In this document: positions 9,188 to 16,366 of the stretch, piece after piece
How the letters are laid out: every line of letters starts with the position of its first letter
Position numbering within the stretch: the first letter of the stretch is position 1
Origin: Acidobacteriota bacterium
GTDB lineage: Bacteria; Acidobacteriota; UBA890; WLXD01
Length of the DNA stretch: 64,000 nucleotides
Reading direction: 5' to 3'
Assembly (NCBI GenBank): GCA_965205505.1
Contig: CBDBHB010000009.1
Span: 2,592,001 to 2,656,000, forward strand
Position numbers and translations under genes: made by a program
Notes under the pieces: model-generated
The model's database searches: none
The model's input: only the letters and a program-made list of their open reading frames with translations
What the model was told of the DNA's origin: nothing

Positions 9188-9865
9188 GTGCTCGACGCTG
9201 AAAGTGTTTTCTGGTTCGCCAGTACCATCGCCCAGTGTGTGGTGGCGTTGTTAGCGTTCGCTGCGTTCGTGGCAGTGTGGCGGCTCGATTCCATCACAGA
9301 TTCTCGCAAGGGTACGGCTGAACGCTTGAAAGAAGACATACGGACCGCGCTGAGCCGCTACGCGACCACGGCACAGACGGTCTTGGCCTTCTTTGAGGCA
9401 CAGGGGAGAACCTTCCCGGAAGCCATCATCTGCGGTGATCTCGGGGGGATATGGCAGCAATCACATCGCAATTGGGCCACGCTACACGAAATCGGTCAGG
9501 TGCTTACAGCGCATCGTGACAAGCTATGCTGTTCCAGTCCCAGCGCCGCGATGGACGAGGCGTGGCTCGCCACGAACGGCATCACACGGTCACTTCTCGA
9601 CGATATCGAGAAGTACACGAAGCAGATTGCTCCGACAGTCAAATTGATCGGATCTTTGCGCCGTTGGCTCCGACTAGTTACCTGTTGCAGCTTGAGCACG
9701 ATAGCGCTGAGCCTGATCGTGATCGCTGGAACGAAGCTCCTCGTAGAACACCATCCGGCGCTCTACTTCGCGTTTCTTGTGCTAGCGACGGCAACAGCCG
9801 CAACGCTGCTGTCAGCGAGCCAGCTCGGTCGAGCCATCTTCCAACAGCCAGAAGCGTGGGAGTGA
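9188..9865 (+). CDS. Hypothetical membrane protein (1 N-terminal and 2 C-terminal TM helices), element cargo
   Basis: GAGGT RBS before GTG 9188; hydrophobic segments flanking a soluble helical region. Confidence 0.7.
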   Translation: MLDAESVFWFASTIAQCVVALLAFAAFVAVWRLDSITDSRKGTAERLKEDIRTALSRYATTAQTVLAFFEAQGRTFPEAIICGDLGGIWQQSHRNWATLHEIGQVLTAHRDKLCCSSPSAAMDEAWLATNGITRSLLDDIEKYTKQIAPTVKLIGSLRRWLRLVTCCSLSTIALSLIVIAGTKLLVEHHPALYFAFLVLATATAATLLSASQLGRAIFQQPEAWE

Positions 9866-10008
9866 CGCGCGGCGCCGTGCGCGTAGGAGGCGAGTCCAAA
9901 ACGCGGTGCACTATTCGCCCGAACGGCAGCAAGTAGCGCCGCGCAACGAACCATCCTCCTAGCGTGGTAGGGTCAGCGTCGCAACTCTCTCCACCAGGAG
10001 GCACCCTG

Positions 10009-10533
10009 ATGGGACGCCTAATTCTCTTCGCGGCCACTCTGTTTCTGTTGGCCGCGCCTGCCAGCGCCCAGCAACAAGACGATCGTATCCTGAAAGGGGT
10101 TGTGGACTGGAGCTCCCGAGTCGAGCATCGAGACGACGGACTGAGCATTCTGACTTACGACCTATCAGAATCATCGAGGAATCCACGTGCTAAGGAAGTA
10201 TTTACCTACATCGTCTTTACGTCGATAGACCCTCCTGGTCTAAGCCCAATCGTTACCTTAAATCTAACTCCTCCTGAATTCTCTCGGAACTACTACACTC
10301 TGGCGGTGGTGAACTTCGGAAACCGAACTGCTACCGGAAAAGTCACCCTGAAACTCACCGGTCCTACCAGATGGACTCGAACATTCCGAAACGCGACGGT
10401 GCCGGGTCCTGGCTACGCGGTGTTCTATTTCCAGGGACAACCGCTGAATCGAATAGGGAACTACCTTCTCAAGGGATCGTTCACGCGTGCAGGGTCGATG
10501 AAGTCTCGCTTCTGCGCTGGATGCCTCCGCTAG
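10009..10533 (+). CDS. Hypothetical secreted beta-rich protein, element cargo
   Basis: AGGAGG RBS; signal peptide MGRLILFAATLFLLAAPASA; visibly more AT-rich than flanks. Confidence 0.75.
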   Translation: MGRLILFAATLFLLAAPASAQQQDDRILKGVVDWSSRVEHRDDGLSILTYDLSESSRNPRAKEVFTYIVFTSIDPPGLSPIVTLNLTPPEFSRNYYTLAVVNFGNRTATGKVTLKLTGPTRWTRTFRNATVPGPGYAVFYFQGQPLNRIGNYLLKGSFTRAGSMKSRFCAGCLR

Positions 10534-10915
10534 AGCCCGGCGCTGACAATGACCGGGGCTTGCGGGCGGGAGCCCCTTTCCCCGAGTCAAACTGAGACAC
10601 TACCCAAGTTCGCGCCGTTTCCGTCGCTTGGCGCCCCGGGCTACGGCTGTCATCAACGGCCAGGCGTGTCCCCGCTGCGGATTCCGGGCGCTCTCGCCAG
10701 GTCCTCGAGGGCCTTCCGAGCCTCCGACAGCGTAATCACGGCCTCACGCAGATGAGCGTCGACTAGGCCGTCGGTGAACCACTCACTGTCGCCCGCGTGC
10801 GAAGCAGGCGGCCACAGGTCTTGCTGACGACAACGCCGAAGTGTCGCTGTTTCAATGCGTCGATAAGGCGGCAAGCTGTGCGGGTCGTTCAACGATTCAG
10901 GCATCCCACCTCTGT

Positions 10916-11115
10916 GGACAGCACTTCGGCTTGCTCCAGCACTGCGCAGGGTGTCGTTACCGAGCACATGGACGGCGCTGTCATTGGTCTCCAGCGCATC
11001 GTAGAAGGCCAGCTCATCCTTGGATAGCCTCAGATCTTCACCGCGGGCACTTGCCTCACGCATCTCCGGGGGTCAACTGGATCAGCTCCGTGATCACCTG
11101 TGCGGTCTCAATGGC
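10916..11115 (-). pseudogene. Type I restriction subunit HsdR C-terminal (DUF3387-like) remnant, frameshifted and internally deleted
   Basis: AIETAQVITELIQL / [40 protein letters not shown] / VLEQAEVLS read across frames. Confidence 0.8.
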
Positions 11116-11116
11116 T

Positions 11117-11194
11117 CCGCCCGACAAACAGGAAAGGGCGGCGCAGGCCGTGCTCCAGCAAGCGGTGGTGCTGTCCGTCGGCTGGGCGGCGTGA
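11117..11194 (+). pseudogene. Second HsdR extreme C-terminal remnant in opposite orientation
   Basis: PPDKQERAAQAVLQQAVVLSVGWAA* resembles the YPPDKQEKATQTVLEQAE.LS..W ending of this HsdR family. Confidence 0.75.
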
Positions 11195-11274
11195 CACCAG
11201 ATCTGGGGCCGCAGTTGGCGATACGACGCACTGGCCTGCGTCTACGAGGCACGTGCCCCCCGTGCCCCGGTCCT

Positions 11275-12240
11275 TCAGCGTCTCGCCCCGGTCCGCGGCA
11301 GCGCGGCGGAGATCGCCACGAGCTTCGTCCGCACCGCGGCCGCATGCCCGCTCCACTCCGCTATCACTTCGTCCTTCGCCACGAGCTCACCGCCCCACAC
11401 CTTGAGCGTCTGCTCCGCAAGGTGTCGCTGCGCCCGCTCCTTTAGCGCCCTCTCCCCCACCGCGTCCAGGAACTCGGCAGGCTGCGCAGTCTCGTCGCGC
11501 TCCGATACCCACGCCTCGACGTCTTCGAGCCGGTAGCCATGTGGCCGACCGACCGACCCACGACGCGCCACCGGCATCCCGGCGTCTACCATCTTGGAAA
11601 TCCCTTTCACGCTCCGGCCCAACGCCGCCGACAGCTCCGCACGGCCTAGCAGCTTCTCGACTCCCAGGATCTCGTCGGTGTGCGCGCGACCCAGGAACGA
11701 GCCGCCCTCGAAAGCTTCGCCCGGCTTTTGGAGTTTCCACAACTCTTCCACAGCCGCGAGGTATTCCCCGGGAAGGTCACCACCGGCAAAGAGCGTGAAG
11801 TTCTCGAGGTGCTTGTTCGCGTTCAGGTTCGCCGACGTCGTGTAGAGCACGTCCAGCTTCCCGCCCAGCACGAGGACGAATTTCGCGTGCGAGTTCCACA
11901 CCCGGAGCGCCTGGTCGCCGAATAGGTGGCGCGCGCGGCCACAGTATCGCGGCTGCCTCGATTCGAAGGAACGGTCAACGAGTAGACGGAGAGGCTTGAT
12001 CCGCCCGTCCTGTAGCAGCCGCTCCGCCCGCTCAATGTCGGCGTTCGCCGCCGTCCAGGTCGACACCGTGACGTCGCTCGGGCCGCACCGCTCGAGCAGC
12101 TCTTCTATAGCGTCGATCAGCGACCAAGTCCCATCGGAGAGGCCATGGATCGAGCAACCGTCCGCGAGCCCTTCGAACGCCTCCGAGGGTCCTTTGCTGT
12201 TGCGACCGACCCACGCCGAGCGCTCCTGACCTTCAGGCAC
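11275..12240 (-). CDS. Fusion of PLD/Nuc-like domain and lambda Nu1-like terminase small subunit domain
   Basis: N-part: HAK...TSANLN...LEN; C-part: RAELSAALGRSVKGISKMVDAGMPV..RG..G....Y....V.AW then ERALKERAQ...GELV. Confidence 0.75.
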   Translation of the reverse strand: MPEGQERSAWVGRNSKGPSEAFEGLADGCSIHGLSDGTWSLIDAIEELLERCGPSDVTVSTWTAANADIERAERLLQDGRIKPLRLLVDRSFESRQPRYCGRARHLFGDQALRVWNSHAKFVLVLGGKLDVLYTTSANLNANKHLENFTLFAGGDLPGEYLAAVEELWKLQKPGEAFEGGSFLGRAHTDEILGVEKLLGRAELSAALGRSVKGISKMVDAGMPVARRGSVGRPHGYRLEDVEAWVSERDETAQPAEFLDAVGERALKERAQRHLAEQTLKVWGGELVAKDEVIAEWSGHAAAVRTKLVAISAALPRTGARR

Positions 12241-12254
12241 CCCAACCCCCCCCT

Positions 12255-12330
12255 AGGGCCGCACAAAAAATTAACGAGATTCTGCGCCGTCCACTCCCGT
12301 TAGCGATGACCTCGGCGAAGAACCTATAGG
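12255..12330 (-). promoter_or_regulatory. Putative cos-like packaging site
   Basis: Minus strand AGGTTCT-16 nt-TAACG-GGAGTGGACGGC followed by a T tract, directly upstream of the Nu1-like gene; resembles lambda cosQ-cosN layout. Confidence 0.45.
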
Positions 12331-12381
12331 CACCCCCACCCCCTGCCGGTGGCCGCGCTCGAAGCGATCGCCGCCGCTTGA

Positions 12382-13476
12382 TCACGATGTCACCGGCCGA
12401 CGGTGCTCGTAGCCGTCGTGGCGAGTCTCGGCGTAGGGATCTTCCAGGTCCGCGAACTCCTGCAAGAACCGCTGGCCGGATTCGTCCAGGTCGGCGAGCG
12501 GTACAAGGTCGCCAACGGTCTTGACGTCCTCGCCGCCGAGTTGGTCTTTCCAGTGGTCAGGCTTCGGCCTCGGCTTCGGTGGCTCGATCACCGTTGAACG
12601 TTGCTCATCGGTGGACGTCGTTGCCGGCGTTGCCGGTGGTCGTGCTGGCTCGCTCGCTTGCTCCGCTCTCATCTCTGCATGTGCCTCGGCGAGCGCTTGG
12701 TCGAGGTCGACAGGCTTGCCCCTTACCCCGCCGCTTTTTGCGGCTGTCGGTGGTGGTGAGTCACCCGGATGTGGCGGTTCCTCTCCGATGGGCCCGCCGC
12801 TCGATTTCCACGGATCGGCGCCCAAATCGCCGCCGGCCTCCTTGTCTCTCTCAGGCGCCCCGACGGACGGCGGCGGCGGAGCCTCCAGCGCAGCCGCAGC
12901 CGCGGCCGGTTTCCTCTGTTCAATGAAGGGGGGGGCGCTGTAGGCGCCCCCCTTCTCAGTTACTTGGACAGTTAGGGGGCCTGTGAGTCCGGGTTGAATG
13001 GACTGTGAGTCCGGGTTGGAGCACTTTTTGGACTGTGTGGCCGGGTTGGACTTGGGGCCAGTCCCTCCACCGCGTAGCAGCCAATACGTATTCGAGCGGC
13101 GCCCGTGGCTGCGGCCGGTGAGTAGCTTCCCCTTCCGTTCTAGCTCGCGAATCCCGCGCCGGATTGTCCGCGCCGAAACTCGCGCTTTGGCTGCCATTAA
13201 CTCGACGGACGGAAACGATTTGCCGGTGCCTTGGCTCGCGTGGCGCAGCAGCATAAATTCCACAAACTTCGCGCGCCATGAGGTCTCGTCGTCGTCGCAG
13301 ATTTCCGCCAAGGCTGTCAGCGCCATAAATCCCCTCTTCGGCTCTGGCGTTTCCGGTGGCTTCGATGCCATCGCCATCGGGTCACCGAGCACCACGGCGG
13401 CGGTGCCGCCTGCCCTTTCAAGAACGTCGCGCGGAGCGGCACGCTCCACTGGCGCCAGCGTCGCGGACCTAGACAT
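12382..13476 (-). CDS. HTH-domain replication initiator-like protein
   Basis: SFPSVELMAAKARVSARTIRRGIRELERKG...SNTYWL winged HTH typical of phage initiators; internal DNA direct repeats; start overlaps upstream AlpA stop. Confidence 0.7.
   Translation of the reverse strand: MSRSATLAPVERAAPRDVLERAGGTAAVVLGDPMAMASKPPETPEPKRGFMALTALAEICDDDETSWRAKFVEFMLLRHASQGTGKSFPSVELMAAKARVSARTIRRGIRELERKGKLLTGRSHGRRSNTYWLLRGGGTGPKSNPATQSKKCSNPDSQSIQPGLTGPLTVQVTEKGGAYSAPPFIEQRKPAAAAAALEAPPPPSVGAPERDKEAGGDLGADPWKSSGGPIGEEPPHPGDSPPPTAAKSGGVRGKPVDLDQALAEAHAEMRAEQASEPARPPATPATTSTDEQRSTVIEPPKPRPKPDHWKDQLGGEDVKTVGDLVPLADLDESGQRFLQEFADLEDPYAETRHDGYEHRRPVTS
12981..13050. repeat. Three 16-bp direct repeats (putative iterons/origin)
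   Basis: CTGTGAGTCCGGGTTG at 12981 and 13003, CTGTGTGGCCGGGTTG at 13033. Confidence 0.75.
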
Positions 13477-13732
13477 GACGCTCCGCCCAGGCTTTCGGAT
13501 TCGCCCACCACTCAAGTACTTCGGCGGCGTCGTAGAGTTTGCGCCCGCCAACTTCTCGGGGCTCCGGAAACTTCCCATTGCGGCGCAGGCGCCATCTGGT
13601 CTTACGACTCAGGAGTCCCAGGCGATCGAGATCCCGCTCGCTCCACGCGAGTTGTCCAAGCAACTCGTCGGCGTTGCTCGCCTGCTCAGGCTGCTGGCGC
13701 GGCTTACTTACCACGGATCGCTGACGTTTCAC
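13469..13732 (-). CDS. AlpA-like HTH regulator
   Basis: LSRKTRWRLRRNGKFPEPREVGGRKLYDAAEVLEW. Confidence 0.75.
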   Translation of the reverse strand: MKRQRSVVSKPRQQPEQASNADELLGQLAWSERDLDRLGLLSRKTRWRLRRNGKFPEPREVGGRKLYDAAEVLEWWANPKAWAERHV

Positions 13733-13736
13733 CGCC

Positions 13737-13946
13737 CTACTCCCGGATTCCGCCGGTGACGCTACTGCGTCGGCTATCTATCAGGCGCTCGAGATCCGAT
13801 CGTCTGATGAGGCGGACACCGGACGGCGTCCGAGTCGCGCGAAGCTTTCCGCAGTTGGTCCACAGCCGGACTGTCGCCGGAGTTACGCCCGCGAGCCGAG
13901 CGGCTTCCGCTGGAAGTAGGACGGGGTCGTTCGATGCTTCTTTCAT
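13737..13946 (-). CDS. MerR-like/excisionase HTH protein
   Basis: LLPAEAARLAGVTPATVRLWTNCGKLRATRTPSGVRLIRRSDL. Confidence 0.85.
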   Translation of the reverse strand: MKEASNDPVLLPAEAARLAGVTPATVRLWTNCGKLRATRTPSGVRLIRRSDLERLIDSRRSSVTGGIRE

Positions 13947-14054
13947 TTAGCTAGGCATTCTGCCAGCCTGGCTTGTGTGGTGCAACATATAACATATAGA
14001 ATTACGTTTAAACGATTGGCGCGGAAATCGAGCCCTTTGTCTGTGAGGAGAGAG

Positions 14055-14777
14055 ATGCCGAAGCGAACTCCATCAATCAGCCCCGAGATCAGGGCCGGCC
14101 TTGCCCGGCACAAGGCAGAGAAAGCGAATCCGGCGTATCAGGAGTGGCTCTCGAAGCTGAAGGCAGCATCGAAGCGAATCGGCGACACTGCTGCCGCTCG
14201 GCTCACGTGGCTGTGCGCGTTCGCGCGAGAGAATCTGGAAACGGCCGATCGGGTCGAGCTCGGAGAGTGCTTAGTCGCCTTCGGCCACGGCGGGTTCCCA
14301 GCGTTCCTCGTCGGCGGCGTCGATTTGCCACCCCCACTCGCCGACGAAGATCTCGATCGGCTCCATAAGGAGGTCCGCGGGCTGTTGAGGAAGCTTGTCG
14401 GTGAGCCGGCGGGCCAGGCGGTCGAGGTGCCCTTTGTCGAAGGAGCACGACCGCATCTCGTTCGCGCGACGAATGTCGGTGACCAGCCGGCCATCTTCGG
14501 GCTGACCTGGAGCCAACAAACCGTCTATAGCGCCGTCTTCACGGAACTCCTCGAAATCGTGAACCGCCACGGAGACCGCTTGCGCGCGTGCGACGAATGC
14601 GGGGGTCCGTTCGTAAGGATCCGGCGCCAACAATACTGCTCGCGGGCGTGCTCACAGCGCCGCCGGTCCGCTAGGTGGTACGAGCGGCATGGGGAGGAAG
14701 CCCGCCAACGAAGGAAGGACGACTACCAAAGGAAGGTCGCTCCGGCCAGGGTCAGGCGCCGCAAGAGGGGAGGCTAA
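14055..14777 (+). CDS. CGNR-type zinc-finger protein (putative DNA-binding regulator)
   Basis: GAGGAG RBS before ATG 14055; C-terminal RLRACDECG.PF......YCSRAC..R..R.R and basic tail. Confidence 0.75.
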   Translation: MPKRTPSISPEIRAGLARHKAEKANPAYQEWLSKLKAASKRIGDTAAARLTWLCAFARENLETADRVELGECLVAFGHGGFPAFLVGGVDLPPPLADEDLDRLHKEVRGLLRKLVGEPAGQAVEVPFVEGARPHLVRATNVGDQPAIFGLTWSQQTVYSAVFTELLEIVNRHGDRLRACDECGGPFVRIRRQQYCSRACSQRRRSARWYERHGEEARQRRKDDYQRKVAPARVRRRKRGG

Positions 14778-14786
14778 GTGAGACAG

Positions 14787-16076
14787 CTACGCAAGCGCGG
14801 TCTCCCGCCCGAGCGCCACCACCTTGCCTGCGGTCGCCGGGTCGAGCGCAGCGACGTGCTGACCCCATAATTGGAGCGCCTCGCGCTTTTCGCCGAGCAA
14901 ATCATATGCGGTGTAATGCACCGCTGTCGTGCCCACCGGCGCATGCCCGGCGATCGCCGAGACGACGCTGCCAGGGGTCTTGCAGATGCGCTTGAGGCCG
15001 TCGAGGACCGTGCCTCGCAGATCTCGAATCCACCATTCTTCACCGAGGTCAGCAGCGTCGCGAACGCGCTGGTAGGCGTCCCGGTAGTTCGTGAAGGCCA
15101 AGCCGTCGCGAGTCGGCGACGGGAACATGAAGCCGCTGCGATCCTCGAAGGCGTGCAGCTCGGATAGGACTGCGCGCGGTTGCGACGAAAGCGGTATCAG
15201 GTGATGCTCCGGCGCGTGACGCGAGCGTCGCAGCTTCGTTCGGGCCTTGGGAATACCCCACACCCCGTCGCCATCAGTATCGACTTCATGCCACGCGCCC
15301 TCGAAGACCTCCATGGGGCGAAGGCCGGTGAGTGCCAGTAACCGAAAGCCGAGCCCGGCAAGGCCACCTTCTCTCCGGAAAAGGGGCAGGAGAGTCCGGA
15401 GCTCCTCGTCGGCCAAGATCCGCTTTCGCGGCTTCTCGAGGGCCGGATCCTGGAGGCGAGCCGCCGGATTCCCCGTGAGGCCAGGCTCGTCGCGGTCGAG
15501 GCCCCACGTGTAGATACGGGACAGCAGCGCCGCGGTTCGATTCCGGGCGGTATAGGCACCGCGGTCCTCGTACTCGTCGAGCAGCTCGACGATGTCACGC
15601 TTCCGGATCTCGCCCGCCGGCCGATCACCCCACCGGCCGATCAGGACCTTCTCGACGAGGTTTTCTTCTGCCCGAGCCGACTTTGCGACCTTCCTTACCT
15701 TCGCGTACCGAGCGATGTACTCACGCGCGAGTTGCTTGAACGTGACGGCCTCTCGCGCCTCCCGTCGCTCGGCGGCCGGATCGAGCCCGATGCGGACATC
15801 CTGCAGGACCTTCTTGGCGCGCTTACGCGCCTCGGCCAGCGATATTCGCTCCGGGTCCGTCGCGCCCGGTCCTTTCCTCGGTGAGTCCTCAGTGAGTCCC
15901 AGCGTTACCCGCGGGCGCTTCCCGCCCTTCCAGTAGGAAACGGTGAAGGTCTTCCGCCCGGAAGGGCTCACGCGAAGGATCAATCCGGGCACCTCGATGT
16001 CGTGATAATCTGTGCGCCCTGCCTTCGGCACCGATAAGCTTTTGATCCCTTGCGCGGTCAACTTCGTCTTCGGCAT
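14787..16076 (-). CDS. Tyrosine recombinase/integrase with N-terminal arm-binding domain
   Basis: DIEVPGLILRVSPSGRKTF...SLAEAR arm domain; TGLRPMEV, RTK, RDLR, AGH, HY catalytic region; adjacent to att repeat. Confidence 0.95.
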   Translation of the reverse strand: MPKTKLTAQGIKSLSVPKAGRTDYHDIEVPGLILRVSPSGRKTFTVSYWKGGKRPRVTLGLTEDSPRKGPGATDPERISLAEARKRAKKVLQDVRIGLDPAAERREAREAVTFKQLAREYIARYAKVRKVAKSARAEENLVEKVLIGRWGDRPAGEIRKRDIVELLDEYEDRGAYTARNRTAALLSRIYTWGLDRDEPGLTGNPAARLQDPALEKPRKRILADEELRTLLPLFRREGGLAGLGFRLLALTGLRPMEVFEGAWHEVDTDGDGVWGIPKARTKLRRSRHAPEHHLIPLSSQPRAVLSELHAFEDRSGFMFPSPTRDGLAFTNYRDAYQRVRDAADLGEEWWIRDLRGTVLDGLKRICKTPGSVVSAIAGHAPVGTTAVHYTAYDLLGEKREALQLWGQHVAALDPATAGKVVALGRETALA

Positions 16077-16083
16077 ATGCTTC

Positions 16084-16140
16084 TCGGGGTCAGTTCGGGG
16101 TCGGTAGTCAGCCGCCACTTGCTGACACAATCCGACCCCA
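16084..16140. promoter_or_regulatory. Putative integrase arm-type binding sites (right end)
   Basis: TCGGGGTCAGTTCGGGGTCGGTA at 16084-16106 and inverted CCGACCCC at 16132-16139. Confidence 0.55.
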
Positions 16141-16147
16141 GTATACT
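16119..16147 (+). promoter_or_regulatory. Outward-facing putative sigma70 promoter inside the element end
   Basis: TTGCTG-17 bp-TATACT pointing at att repeat and tRNA-Tyr. Confidence 0.55.
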
Positions 16148-16223
16148 CGCTAATACGCCTTAGCTATAGGGTATTAGCCATTTCATGCAGGGTCACGGAG
16201 TGGCGTTCGGGGGCAATATTTGA

Positions 16224-16269
16224 TGATTTGTAATCAGCAGGTCGGAGGTTCGAATCCGCCCGCCAGCTC
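16224..16269 (+). repeat. att direct repeat (right; displaced tRNA-Thr 3' half)
   Basis: 43/46 identical to 8364-8409. Confidence 0.93.
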
Positions 16270-16283
16270 TGGTTGTACCTAGA

Positions 16284-16366
16284 GGAGAGTTGCCCGAGCG
16301 GCCAAAGGGAGCAGACTGTAAATCTGCCGGCTAATGCCTACGGAGGTTCGAATCCTCCACTCTCCA
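16284..16366 (+). tRNA. tRNA-Tyr(GUA)
   Basis: GGAGAGT/ACTCTCC acceptor, GCAGA-CTGTAAA-TCTGC arm, long variable arm. Confidence 0.97.

Larger units (their letters stand above)
8364..16269. mobile_element. tRNA-Thr-integrated element, phage-satellite-like (~7.9 kb)
   Basis: 46-bp direct repeat of tRNA 3' half at 8364-8409 and 16224-16269; integrase, AlpA/Xis HTHs, replication initiator, Nu1-like terminase domain; no capsid or tail genes. Confidence 0.9.

Noticed and set aside
10653-10790. [24 protein letters not shown] as a displaced C-terminus of the Nu1-like protein
   Set aside because: Resemblance to TerS tails is only a generic amphipathic helix and cannot be supported without a search.
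14787-16076. Integrase inactivation because HxxR reads RDLR
   Set aside because: The first His is variable among active tyrosine recombinases; the other catalytic positions and the ORF are intact.
16224-16269. Second tRNA-Thr gene
   Set aside because: Only the 3' half is present, with no acceptor 5' strand or D arm; it is the att duplicate.
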